A stretch of DNA of 64,000 bases from assembly GCA_021613535.1 (NCBI GenBank), contig CP075495.1:2480001-2544000 (forward strand). Reading direction: 5' to 3'. Shown one piece after another: positions 1 to 13,582 of this stretch (its first letter is position 1; every line of letters begins with the position of its first letter). A model generated the notes under the pieces. The model searched no databases and had not been told where the DNA came from. It worked only from the letters and a program-made list of their open reading frames with translations. The position numbers were made by a program, and so were the translations under genes. The stretch is from Adineta vaga. Taxonomy: Eukaryota; Animalia; Rotifera.

Positions 1-28
1 AATGAAAATCAAGAAGAATGATAAATTA

Positions 29-2945
29 TTATACAGATAAACGTTTAAGATCAGATCGACATCGAATCGATTCGGAATCTTGACGAAAACGAGTTAACAT
101 TGTTTGTAATCTCGTTGAAGAAAGAATATTGTCAGTATCATTCGTACTATTCACATTGCTTGTTTGACCAAAAGATGTGGATTTATGTATAGGAGAAGTT
201 ACGACTGCTGATGCTGGCCAATCAATTGCTAGAGAATCATTTCGAGATGATTTACCTCCGAATGTCGTTGTCATTTGTGGAATATTCGTTGATGTTTGTA
301 GATGATAATCAATATTGGACGGTTTGCCCATAGATAACGCTCGTCGAACAATAATCGAATCAAAACGTTGCATGGGAACGAGATGTGTCACTTTTCCTGG
401 TAGACGACGAACAGTAAATTTTTTTCGTTCTTTCTTTTTACGTTTAAAACAAGAAAAACAATGGCATGGTTCAGATTCAGCTGGTGTCAATTCAGTTGAT
501 AGATATTCTAGATGTTCAGGCGATGAATATGGAATGAGAGTACCTAAAAGAAACAAAAAGAAAAAGAAAAATATTTGTTATTGTCTTCTTAAAGAAATAA
601 TCGAACCATTTGGACTAATCAAATCACTATCAAAATGAAGGGAATTTCGTGCTACTGCTGATTGAATTTCTTCACGACGTTCATCTTCAGTATTCATTGT
701 TAAAAATCTTAAAACTAATAAATTCATTGATGATGCAACAACAGTTAAACCAAATAGAATAAATGTCATCGATAATACAACATAGAATACATTTGTATTT
801 AATGCTTCATTGGTTTGTAAAGCAACAAAATCACCAAAACCTAATAGAGAAAAAAAACGCAAATTCAATTATCTCATTTCATATTCTCTCTTTTTTTCAA
901 TCAGAGACAAAAAAAAGCGAATCTTTTTACCAATTGTTGTTAATGTTATAAAACAATAATAAACACAATTAAAATAATCCCAAGATTCGTAATGATGAAA
1001 CATTGCTGCACCTCCGGTGACAACACCGACTGCAATCACAGTTCCAACAATAACAAGTTCAGTTTGAGTTGATTCACAATGACGAAATTTAATACATTTT
1101 TTTATTCGTTGAATACACCAACTAGAAAAATTATTTAGACGTTCACCAACTGATTGAAACATAACTAAACATAATGGAATTCCAATGACAGCATAGAGCA
1201 TACAAAACGATTTTCCCCAAGCTATAAAACAGAAAAAATGAATGCATGACATTTGTTCTTTCGATAGATTTTACTTGTAGTTGGACAGGAGTGACCATAT
1301 CCTAGAATAAGAAATGAAAATTCTAATCGGACTAAGTATATACTTATATTCTTAAGTGTTTGAAGGAAGAAGACTCGAGGCAAATTATGTGATTTTTAGT
1401 TTTAATCGGATTTTGAAATGACAGAAACATATGGAGATTAACTAATGATCAACTGAATCTTAAATAAACAAATTCATCTATGAAATCTGTTACGAAATAT
1501 TGCCGAAGAAATGTTTTAGACTTGATTGAAAAATTCTTCATCATTTATTTTTCTGTCATAACAAAACAAAAAAAATCAATGACAGATATTGACAGGATTG
1601 AATTAGAAAAGATTGTCTGTCATTATGAAAGATAAAATCTGTTATTTAATATGTTCGAACGTTTTGTTTTCTTTTTAGGCAAAGAAAAAAAAATTACAAC
1701 ATATAAATCATTTTTTTTCCTCTTTTTATTCAAAGAAACCAATCAATTCAACTCTTTTGTAAAAGATTATGTTAATAATTCGTTAGTTATAGTTATAGTT
1801 TCTATCTTCTCTTCGAATTAATACCTTGAAATGTATATATATTTGCTCCGACATGACATTCTTCGATTGACGTCATTGAAAACACTCGTACTATATCCTA
1901 TGATTTTGACAATCATCTTTCTCTCGCTTTTCTATTAGCGGGCAAATACACTTGTATGACAGGACGTACTCCACGAAGGCTAATGGTTCGAACGGCATGA
2001 GTAGTAGAGATATCAAGTCTCTCTTTGATGAGAAGAAGAAAAAGGAAAAGAAAACTTCATGTGCAAGATGAAGATTAACAAACATCAGTAAAGTTCTACT
2101 TTTCTTCTTTTGTGTCTGTTCTAAACTAGAAAATTAGATAAGCCATTGTTAAAACTAGTAGGTAACAGTAGGAGTCCATCAAAACAATTGAAGAGAATAG
2201 ACGTCAAAGCAAAGAAAACACAATCGAGGCCAAAATGCAACACATATTCTAATTGATTGTTTTCTATATTTTAAACAATGACAACGAGAGAATAATTATC
2301 ATTTCAGGCTTTACAAGTTCTATTTTGAAACACATGAATATGTAACTAAATATTTCTATTTAGGAAAAAAAATGAGAGATTGAGAGACATAAAAAGAAAT
2401 ATAGTGAAACTGTAAATTGTCTTAATTGACATGCAATGCATAACTTTTCATGTTACTCCTCTTTTAGTCTCATTAAAAAGTTAGTGAAAGAGAGAGACAA
2501 AGAAAAGAATGTGATGTTAGACAAACATATATATATATATATATAGATATAAGCAGAAGATTTAATCTTTTCTCAGATCAATCACAATATTGACTTACCA
2601 ATAGTTGTTATGACAGTAAGTGAAAAGAAGAATGCTCCCGGAAATTTCCATTGTGCACCGGCTTTATGTGGTTGATATTTAATAACAATATCTTCAAGTT
2701 CGAAATATTCCATTCGAGATATGTTATATGAAATGAGCATGTTATCTTCGGCCGCTTGATACTGTTTGCGCAAGAAATCTTCAGTATTCGATTCGAGCGC
2801 GTCAAAGATGGCCGCACCAACCAGCAAATAGCTAAAATGAGACATTCATTTGTTCTATTCTTTTTTTTTTCCTTAAAATCTTCTAATTAATATACCTGAA
2901 CGTCGAAACAATAAGTGTTAAGGTACGAACGTTCTGCTTTTTCAT
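29..2945 (-). CDS. KCNK9: Two-pore-domain K+ channel, TASK subfamily (KCNK3/KCNK9/sup-9-like), multi-exon
   Basis: Spliced N-terminus MKKQNVRTLTLIVSTF/SYLLVGAAIFDALES; pore 1 TTIG|YGH (small exon ~1277-1301); pore 2 TTIG|FGDFVALQ; VLRFLT element; C-terminal KRLSV resembling the TASK 14-3-3 motif. Confidence 0.93.
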
Positions 2946-3869
2946 ACTCGCATCATCAACGCACCGACTCGGCCAGCATTAAACTTCCGGCGAGAATGTG
3001 CGTTTGATATTCTGCTTCTTTGTCGATCACCGGGCTAATTTGCTGATATTTGCATCTGTTATGATTTCTGTATATAATAAGAACGATAAAAAGAAAGAAA
3101 CCTAAAAATAGTTTGTCGTTATTGTTCTTGGATACGAATGAATAAATAGATGAATCAATGTCAACAATTGAGTTCAGGGAGGATGAAAATAATGTTTATG
3201 TGTATATATCTGTATGAGTTAATAGTTAAGAATGCCGATCATGAACGGTGATAGTTGTAGTAAGCTTAGTATTGTTGGAATGATCACGGAAAGAAGAGGA
3301 AAAGAAACAACATACATCATAGACGGCAACAAGTTTGCAGCAATACGAGAAAGAAATCGACATTGCGATCATGGCCAACATCGATGCGATGCATTGACAT
3401 GAGTTTTCTATCGAAAGAATTCGTAACGCATGAGAGAAAGAGACAGAAAGCTAAATGATATTTGACAGATTCCGTCGTATTTTGATGTGTTATAGATCTG
3501 CGAATTTCTATATGTGTGTGTTCAAAATATTGGTGATAGTAGTAGAACAAAGTTAGTCAAAATGAGACAGAGAAATAACGACCATTCGAGGAGGAGGGTG
3601 GAGAAAGAACGAAGGATCTGGCACGTATACACACATACGGAGCGAGAACGAACAGTCGGCTGTTTTATTTTTTTTGGAAATAGTGTCGAACCAGCAAGAA
3701 AAAGAAGCAGCAACGCACAGAAACCTTCTTGATTCTTTTTTTCTTCTATTCTCCATCTCTTTCTCGTCTCACTTTCTGTCTCTGTCTTTCTCTTCTTGTC
3801 TCTCATCTTTCCTTCGTGTCGTTCCCATCGTTTCTTAGATAGGCAACGCGCCCAGCAAGAAGTAGTAGA

Positions 3870-3871
<2 letters not shown>

Positions 3872-3907
<36 letters not shown>
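3872..3907. repeat. (GAT)12 microsatellite
   Basis: 12 perfect GAT units read directly; source of the poly-His and poly-Ile ORFs. Confidence 0.95.
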
Positions 3908-3910
<3 letters not shown>

Positions 3911-5774
3911 GACGGCAGCAGCGTGATGCTGTTGTCGATGACAACAAGGCAAATCAGGAACAATGATGATAATGATGATGTAAAGCACATCTCAAACTAC
4001 GTAAGAGTAATATCACATTGATGGACAAATGTATATTTATCAACGTATATTCTACGCTAAAGATAACAGAAAATTCAGAAGATGATTCTCAGATCAGGTC
4101 ACTCTTTATTTTTGTTCTAATTCAATGTGTCTTCCCTTTATTAAATGTATACGCATTTGAAGTTAGTTTGCAGCCGATCGAATGCAAGCAAATAAGCAAG
4201 CGAGAAAACACATAGACAAACGCTTGCGGACATTCTAGTTTATTCAATTCCTTTCCTATTCCACACAACTATTGCTTATTTTTCTTCTCAATCGAAGCAT
4301 ATATATATTTATATATGTAAGATAGTAAAGAACGAGACGAAAAAAATTCCTCGTGTACAAATATAGAATTGTCAAAGAAGCCTCGATGTCAATAAAGTGA
4401 GAGAGAGAGAGAGGGAGAAATGGAAATGAATAGATTGATAGATTGCTAGTTGAAGCTTCGAACGGACGTTTTTTGTCATGTTAAACGATTTTAAAGAGAA
4501 AGAAGAAACTTACATAAGCAGGAGATACTTGAAATCGTCTGGAAGTACGCATCAATTTTCTTTATATCTCTTTTTCTTTCTTGTTATATTATTCATAAAC
4601 TATAATATACAGCTGTTACAATTTCTGTCATCCACACAGGGTTTTCTCTGTACTTTTATATATACATTAATAACTTTAAAATGAATGACAAGATTATTAC
4701 ACAATAGAATAATATATTGTAAGATTTAAAAATAGCAAGTGATTTTTCAAGTCAAAAAAAGAAAGAATAAAATATCGAAAAATATTAACTCGATAGATAG
4801 TATCAATATTTAACAAATGAGAAAAATTACAGAGTAAATACATTAGAGAATATATATATATATATTTATATTTTGTCTCTATTATAGCGCTCATGCGCAT
4901 AACAATCAATTAGATTAAACTCTACATCTACACACACATACACATTATCAACAATTTGTCTCCTAGAATAATTCATTGGAATGAAAAAAACTAATTTCTC
5001 TCGTTTTTTTTTGTTGTCTTCAATCACAAAATCAATTATTTAGGTCTGTAGATTTCTTATTATTCAATGATGTGTCTCGATGAAACGAATGTCGACAATC
5101 AGTTTTCTTGTTTCTTCAACTGTCTCATTCAATCGTCGATCTTCATTAAACATCTGATAGACGACAACACGATCGATATAGATGGAAAGGAAATCAAGTT
5201 TTATGTTGATTTACATTCTCAATTGATGTAAGGATGATAAAAGAGAAAAATATGCAATTTGAATCATTTTATTTTTCAAATACTATATATCAACACAAAA
5301 AAAAACACACGACGCAATAATCGAAAAAAAATCACAATATATCAATATCATATTTACGATGTTTATGAGAAAAATTGTTTTTCTTTTTCCTATATAAATG
5401 AAACAAAACCGAATTTATTCGATGTCAATCGAATGTGAATTTGTCCAGTCATTATGAAGGATAAAACATACTGTCGGATCTTTTCCTTTTCTTCCTTATT
5501 TTGTCGTTCTTACATATGATGTTCGCTATTTTATTTTCTTTTTTTATTTCCGGACTACCGAACGAGCGTTTTCTCTCATTCTCTCTTTCTTTTTCTTTTT
5601 TTAATACCTACCTTCAAATACTTCGTCGTAATATTTTCAGATGCGAGACAAACGTGTAGGGAAAAAGAAGGAAATCAGCGAGTGAATAATACGCAAACTT
5701 TGTAAAATGAGTTCTTTGTTTTTTTTGTCTTCGAGAATTTTACAAGGCATTCTTGCTTTTTTTTGAATTTATAG

Positions 5775-7277
5775 ATGGCTTTGACCAGTAATCAAATACA
5801 ATCAAATCGACGTTTACAAACATGGCCTTTTCTTAGACGCAATGCTGTTTTCAACGGATATCATCATGACAAAACAGATCATAAAATCAATTATGATTCT
5901 GAACTTGATTTAACACGTCGTGGATCGTTAAAATCAATCTTTATGACAGATTCATCAAAAACCATACAAATTAATGAAGAAAATCTTTCGCAAGATCTCA
6001 ACACAACAACTATGAATAAAGGGTGACAAACGAAAGAATAATATAGTGAAAATGATTCAGTAGCAGATTGAGGAAAGAAACATGACATTGAAGGGATTTC
6101 GAGTACCATGATTTTCTCATTATTATACTAGATCATGGTCATAACGAATGCCATCAAGTCAAGATATAACTCTTTTTTTTTTCATCCGGTACAGAGAGAA
6201 AAATAAACATAGACATTTCAATCAAAATTGACTACTTGACCTTCGTCTATAAGTATGAAATATAAATAAATTCACACTTCATATGTGATTAAGTTAGTTC
6301 ATGAAAGAAGATTCATAGTTTTAATTTGTCTTTTTTACATCTTTTTTTTTAGAAATGTTATAACAACAAGTTTTCGAAAGAAATCTTTGGGTGTTGTTGA
6401 AAACATGTATGATTGTCCAATATGTTGTGATAGTTTTTCATTGAATGATCTCAAACAAATGGCATGTTGTTCAACAAAACTTTGTTCATTATGTCTTGTA
6501 ACTCATACGATAACAAATATTACTAATGGCAAACTTCATATTGAATGTCCAGCATGTTCTGTTCAAATAAATTCTTCTTCAATTCTATATAATAGTGAAT
6601 TACCTGTATCATTACGCGAACGTTATCAACAAATTTTAGCACAAGATCTTTCAGAAAAACAGAATACGTGTATAAAATTATGTCCACATTGTAATTATAT
6701 TACTGTTATTGATGAAAAAGATTCTATAAAATATGGAAAGAAATCTCATCGATCAACTGAACGATGGTTACATTGTGAACAATGTGAGAAAGATTGGTGT
6801 TGGTCATGCTATGCTCCGTCACATCCAAATGAAACTTGTCGACAATTCAAAACAAATCATACACATATCGATCTATGGGCACGAACACGTCGTTCTGATA
6901 ATAATAACCAACGTAATGCTCAACGTTGTCCAAAATGTTCAATTTACATTGAAAAAATCGATGGTTGTGATCATATGCATTGTACAAAATGTGATTCGAA
7001 ATTTTGTTATCGTTGTGGTTCTCGTATGAGATTACCATTTTATATTGGACATGATGCGAAATATTCAATATTTGGTTGTAAATATAAATTATGGCCAAAT
7101 CGTCCATTATTACGTTGGCTTGTTCGTGGTTCAATATTTGCCAGTGTGTTTTTATTAACTCCAGTTGTACTTGCAGCATTAATTGCATTAATTGCAATTG
7201 GAATTCCAACAGTTCTCATTGTTGGTTGCTTTGCTTTACCTATTTTTGTAGGTTTAGAATGTCGAAAACGATCGTAG
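5775..7277 (+). CDS. RNF217: RBR E3 ubiquitin ligase, RNF217-like; 5' exon structure uncertain
   Basis: RING1-IBR-RING2 with catalytic GCDHM, then SIFGCKY..P.RP.LR.LVRGS, a C-terminal TM segment and RKRS end typical of RNF217. Main exon ~6353-7277; link to the 5775 exon not resolved. Confidence 0.88.
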
Positions 7278-8173
7278 ATATCTGTGTTCTATTGCAACAT
7301 TACATCCAAGAATTATTTCTTTGTATAAACTGTCTTTCATGTGAGATATAAATCTCATATTTCTTTTTGTATATACAAGTTTATTAAAGTAATGAATATA
7401 AACTACTGATTCTTAATACATTCTATGGAACTAAAACAACGCTTAGATTACACTTATTATTACTATGTAACTTGAGTTGATTTCTACGAAAACGAATCAG
7501 ATTATGATGTCAGAGAGTTCATATGAGTAACATTGAGTTGAACTGAAGTTATTTTCAAATTTGTTGAATTTAACTGAAGAATTTCCTATCATATTAAATT
7601 ACTGATGCAAAAATTGTCTTTTAAAATGACTAATTTATATGAATGGTTAGTTATGCTTAAAAATCATGAAGTTATATGTATTATTAATCAATCAATCTTC
7701 AAGGTAAATTATACTGATTGCAGGCGAATAATTATATAGTTATTGAATTTATTTCAAATCTACTCAGAAAAGAAAAATATCAACATGATTCGACCCTTGG
7801 CGACAACATTTTGACTAGAATTCAAATAAGACTTATAGGAAGCTCCATGTTGAGTTATAGCCTTCATAGATATTGAGTCAAATAATCTAATAAAGCAATC
7901 TAGGAAGTAGTTGTTCAAGTCACGTCTAGTACAGACCTCTTAAGGTATACTCCAGAAGGAAGAACATCATTCTGATTGGCTATAACTTCTATCTAATTAC
8001 AGCATAGTTTTGAAGAGAGAAAGAAAGAGAAAAAATAGAAAATAGAACTGTTTTTGGCACGCAATGCAAAAATATTGTTTATTTGTCATCATAAACATTG
8101 TTTTTACAATTTTCACCATACATTACATAATCCTCTTTTTTTTCTCTCGATGTAGTCTTAAATGCGCTGATGG

Positions 8174-10745
8174 ATGACGTCGTTGCAGTTACATTCATGC
8201 AATCCAGGCTATTTGGTAATGACCATAGCATTTGTATTCAGCGGTTTCATTGTTTGGTTAATGTTAAGTCGTGTATGTATTGAACTATGAACTTTTTCTT
8301 TTTGAATGAAATATCTTGTATGATAACAGTCTAATTCTGCTACAATGGAACTAATCGATACCAAATCTCTTATAAAAAGTCAAGAAGTCATGCAACGTGG
8401 TGATGCTGGTGGTGTTTATGTTCCGAAAAAAATCGGTAATGAAGATCCAAATTTACATTATGGAATAGTTATTGATTGTGGAAGTAGTGGATCACGACTT
8501 TATATATACATTTGGCCAGAACATTCAGGAAGAGAAAATGAATTATTACAGATCAAACAATTGCTGGATAGAGAAGGAAGACCAGTTGTGAAAAAACTCG
8601 AACCAGGTTATTGAATTCTCTCTTTATACATCAAATCATATCACGATATTTTCATCATATTAGGTCTTTCATCAATGGAAGATACACCGGAAAATGCAAC
8701 TGAATATTTGAAAACATTATTAGGTAAATTATTCTTATTCTATAAATTGATAATTATTATTTATTGGATTATTTAGATTTTGCTGCAGCAACTATTCCAC
8801 CAGATAAACATCGCGATACTCCATGTACGTAGAATAATTTTTACTTAGTTTTCTATTTTTATTCTTCGTATAGTATATATTCTTGCTACAGCTGGTCTTC
8901 GATTTCTCAGTACAGAGTAGGAATAATTTATTATAGATTTGTTTTAACAGGAAGACTTTCATTCTTCTTTTTAGTAAACAAAGGAAATTACTTGAAGATT
9001 TATTCAATGATATTGTTCGTGATTACAATTTTCAAATTGAAAAAACTCATATACAAGTTATTCCCGGCAAATTAGAAGGAATCTATAGTTGGATTGCAAT
9101 TAATTATGTTCTTGGACGTTTTCAAAATAATAATACTGCTGAATCAAGTAAATGATTGGAGAAAAAGTTGAATTCAAATTATAATTTAGTGATTATTTAG
9201 TATCTGTTAGTGATGGAAAATCGGTTTCTATTTCAAAAAAACGACCATCTACTGTAGGAATTCTTGATATGGGTGGTGCATCAGCGCAAATTGCTTGTAA
9301 ATGTGCTTTTTTCGATATTGTAATTTGAATACAATTGTATTTTCATCTTTTCTTTTTCTTTTAGTTGAAGTATCGCCTGATGTAAGTTTTGCATTTCTTG
9401 TTTTTCCGATGATTCTTAGACGTTTATTTGTAGATACCAGTTGAAGGTGAAGAAGTAGCTGAATTTTCCTTAGGTTATGATGAACATCAAGAAATGTTTA
9501 AATATAAAATCTATGTTACTACCTTCCTTGGCTATGGTGCCAATAAAGCATTTGAAAAATATATTGATCGAATTATTGATCTCTCACTCAAGTAGATCAA
9601 TTGAATTGAAAATCTTTGTTTTATTTTTCAATATTGTTCTAGATCGTCAACAACAAATTCATCACATATTGTCATCGATAATGCCGATTGTTTACCTCGA
9701 GGATATTCAGCAAATTATACACGAGATAATAAAGCTATAACGATTATTGGTGAAGGAGATTTTACTAGTTGTGCGAAACATTTAGTTACTCTATTGAATT
9801 TAAATGCTACATGTAAACGAAAACCATGTTCAGTTAACGGCGTCTATCAACCGACTATAAATTATGAATCACAAGATTTCTATGGATTTTCAGAGTTTTG
9901 GTATACAATGGAAGGTTTGTTTGAATAGTAGAAGTTTTCATTGAATGAATTGCTTTTTCTTCAAGATGTTTTGAGAATTGGTGGTCCATATGGTCGATTA
10001 ACGTTTTTAAATGCATCATCTGTAAGTAAATAAAAAAACGAATTTTGAATTAATAAAGAAAGAAATTGTTTTCAATTTAAAGAATTATTGTAATTCAAAT
10101 TGGACTGATATTCGTCAATGGTATAATAATAAACAATTTCCTAAGGCTGATTTAAATCGTTTATTGTAAGAATATGATAGTTGTTATTGTAAAAGTAAAA
10201 CTTATTTTGTTTTTTCTTGTTTATTTGTTAAGATTACAATGTTTTAAATCAGCTTGGTTATTTGCATTTCTACATGATGGTTTGAAATTTCCTGTGAATT
10301 ATCAACGTTTACGTTCAGCTTCATTGGTGAATAATAACGATGTTCAATGGACATTAGGAGCGATTCTTTATAAAACTCGTTTTCTTCCCTTAAGGTTTGT
10401 TAAGACAAGATTCCTTTTCAAAACTATAATTTATTTTTCTTTTCTAGAGCGATCAATCAAGTTAAAAGAGCTGTACACTATCGACAATCTCATGCAGATT
10501 CAACTGCTATGATTGTATTAATATGTACAATGTTATTCTTATATATAATGATCTTCTATCGACAAATGATTCGTGCTAAAATTCGATCTATTTTCTTTCG
10601 ACGAAATGGTCTTCATTCATCCTCATCTAGTAGTAATTTCAATCAACGATATCAACTATTAACTTCAATTGTTATCGATGATTCATCGTATTCAAATGGA
10701 AAGCCATTATCGTCGTCATATGTTGGACGATTAAGAGGTGTTTGA
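8174..10745 (+). CDS. ENTPD7: Ectonucleoside triphosphate diphosphohydrolase (GDA1/CD39 family, ENTPD4/7-like), many exons
   Basis: N-terminal TM exon, YGIVIDCGSSGSR, ATAGLR, EGIYSWIAINY, DMGGAS, WTLGA apyrase regions, C-terminal TM. Confidence 0.88.
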
Positions 10746-11600
10746 ATGAGTTATCATCATACTATTCACTTGTTTTCTTTTGCTATACTTTTCTTATCAA
10801 TGTATTTATTTTTGGGGCATGTTATAAGATTGTGTTTTTTTGATATAGGATGAAAATAAAATATTTTTTTCCTTGATTATTCTATTGCATTGGATTAATG
10901 CAAAATCATGAGTGATTTGCTTCGAGAATAGTTGAATATATATATATGTTCGACTTAAAAAAGATCATTATAATCTATTCGTTAAATCAACAATAAAAAT
11001 ATCGAATTATGTACATATTTTCTTTTTATATTTGATCGAAAAAGAAATGTTCTCTATCAGATCATTTCATTTCAAACATCACAACAACTTCTGTCAAATA
11101 GTAAATATGTACTCAGATCAAATCTCTTGAAAAATTTCACTATGTTATTTCTCATTGGAATCTTTCGAAAGAAAAATATACAAGTACAATCTTCTTTACT
11201 TCTTGTTGATTTATTAACGAGTAAGAAAAAAAGCTTCCCTTTTCTCTTAATGAAATCGAGAAATGATCAAAGAAACCACTGATTTACATGAATGAATATC
11301 GAGCTATGAGCCTCGTTCAAGGCCAGTTACTTCTATAATTAATTTCATTCTCATATTAAAAAAAAAAGAATATTAGATTTTTACGGCATGCAAAAGTACC
11401 GACTGAAAAAGAAATGTTTCTTTCTTTTCATGATAATTTGTTCTGATCAGACATATTTTGCAAACATCAGATCATCAATCGTTAATATATAAAATAAAAG
11501 AAGAAAAACATGGTACAAGTGAAAAAAAACAAATCATTTTTTGTTTGCTAATTCAAAGAAGAAAAATATGAGTGAACAAGAACAGATATGATCAAGAGTT

Positions 11601-12540
11601 TTAATCTTTGACTTCAACAATTAGTGGTGCTTCATACATAGAATGACGAATACCGAACGAATAGCCAGGTGCTTGTTGCTTATGAAGCCAAACTTTTTCC
11701 GGTGAATATTTGCCAGGTCCCGGTTTTTGAGTCGTATCACCGGGCATTTCATTTCGTGCAATCATAGTATAATGTGGTGGTTCTTGTTTATAGATACCTG
11801 GTTTAGTTACATTGTAGGCACCTAAAGAGTAAGAGAACGAAATTTTTAGAAAGAAAGAAAGAAAGAATGTGATTTTCTACCAGGTCCAGGTGTTCGTTGT
11901 AAATCCTCATCGAAACCACCTCGTTTACTTCGTCCGGTCAAAGAATAGATAGGTGCTTGTTTCTTAGCACTTTGTACTGTTTTACCAAGCATTCCTGGTA
12001 AACCATAAGCATTTGGTGCTAAAAATATCGTCGAATTTTAGAATATATCGATAGTTTTGTAAAAACAAATCATACCAGGTGTATTATCAAGTCCATATGC
12101 CTTATGACGAGCACCAAATGAATAAGCAGGTGGTGATTGAAAGACAGTTTTCATAGGTCCTTTGTCTTCAGGTTTATAAGCACCAGGTCCTACATGAAGA
12201 TTGTACGAAATTTCATTGAATGTAATAGTTTTCTTTGAAAATTCTTACCAGGACAACGATCACCTTTAAGATCGCCACGTCGAGAATAGAGAGAATATTG
12301 TGGTGAACCATCTTTACCAGTTCGAGAAAATCTTGGATTGGGAAAATAGCATGGACCAGGTGATGAATCATCTTTATATTTACCATGTCGAAGACCAAAT
12401 GAATAAGCTGGTTGTTTTGTATGAACTGATCGTGGATCATGAAAAGTACTTCCAACTAAACCCGGTAGGAGATAGACCGGACCGGGTGTTGAATGCATGC
12501 CCGAAATAGGACCACGTGGTTTGGTTTCTGTCCATACCAT
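11601..12540 (-). CDS. ODF3: Outer dense fiber protein 3 / SHIPPO (PGP-repeat ciliary protein)
   Basis: MVWTETKPRGPI..STPGP.Y.LP start, repeated PGP.AY..P.YSFG units, ends RHSMYEAPLIVEVKD*. Confidence 0.9.
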
Positions 12541-13582
12541 TATTCTGACTGAATCTAAAAGCAAAGTGTGAATAGTAAAATAGAAGAATTGCTTATGATG
12601 ATAGAAGTTAATGGAAACATAATAATAAGAAATCCATACGAATGAAACTGTTTTTACACGCATACACTCTCATTAAACATGTCCTATTAGTATGTATATA
12701 TATATAAACTCGACTTCACTTCTGTTTCGTTTGTTGCCAACGGATGTCGACAACAGACAGTAAGCACCTTGACGTCCGTGACAACAATTGATTAATGGAA
12801 AAACTTTTTTACTCATATTTTTTCTTCTTCTTCTTCTTCTTCTCTTCACATCTAATATCGAAGGAAGAGAGAGAGAGAGAAGACAGAGAAAGAAAAAAAA
12901 GAACAAAATTTTCAAATCAATCAATAAAATATACGTATACATCAGTAGTGCTCCATTACTTCAAATTCATATGGCTTCTTGACTATTGACAAACTCTTTT
13001 TTTCCAGAAACTCAATGAATTAATTGTGTGGTTTATTGCTACTTTATGTTTATTTGACGGTGTAAAAAGAGAGAGAGAGAGAGAAATAAGAAAAAAATTT
13101 TTTGCTATTATTGTTGTTACGGTCGTTAGGTTTTCAATGTTCTTTTTCTTTCTTAACATTTCTTTCTATCCGTATAAAAATACTGTAATATTTGTATAAT
13201 GATCGACGTCAAAAAAGTAGAGTGACTCTATATGCAAATAAAAATATTCAAAAACTTTCAGTAGGTTTTTGTATTCTTAAAATGAAAAGATCCTATGTAT
13301 GCTCATGAATATTGAAGATTATTCAATTTGTTATTTTAATAATGAAGGACATAACCTTGTCGAAAAGATTTCGACAGTATTTATTCTCGTATGACCTTCA
13401 CTATGAAAGGCTTTTCGCTGAATAATTGAAAATCATGTCATGTTCTTAAACATTAATCTTTTCTTTCTTTTTCATTTTTCATATCGTATTCAATATACAT
13501 CGAGATAAAATTTCACTCGAAAACGTTTTTATTTTATTTATTAAAGTCAATTGATTAGAAAGAAATCAAATGTTATGTTTTT

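Noticed and set aside
3522-3988. Poly-His and poly-Ile ORFs upstream of the K2P gene
   Set aside because: Translations of the (GAT)12 microsatellite and purine-rich low-complexity DNA; no other protein-like features.
7420-8000. Intergenic DNA with short similarities to ~29170-29230 (ctatggaa, agagttcata); possible decayed transposon
   Set aside because: Matches too short; no terminal repeats, target duplication or transposase remnant.
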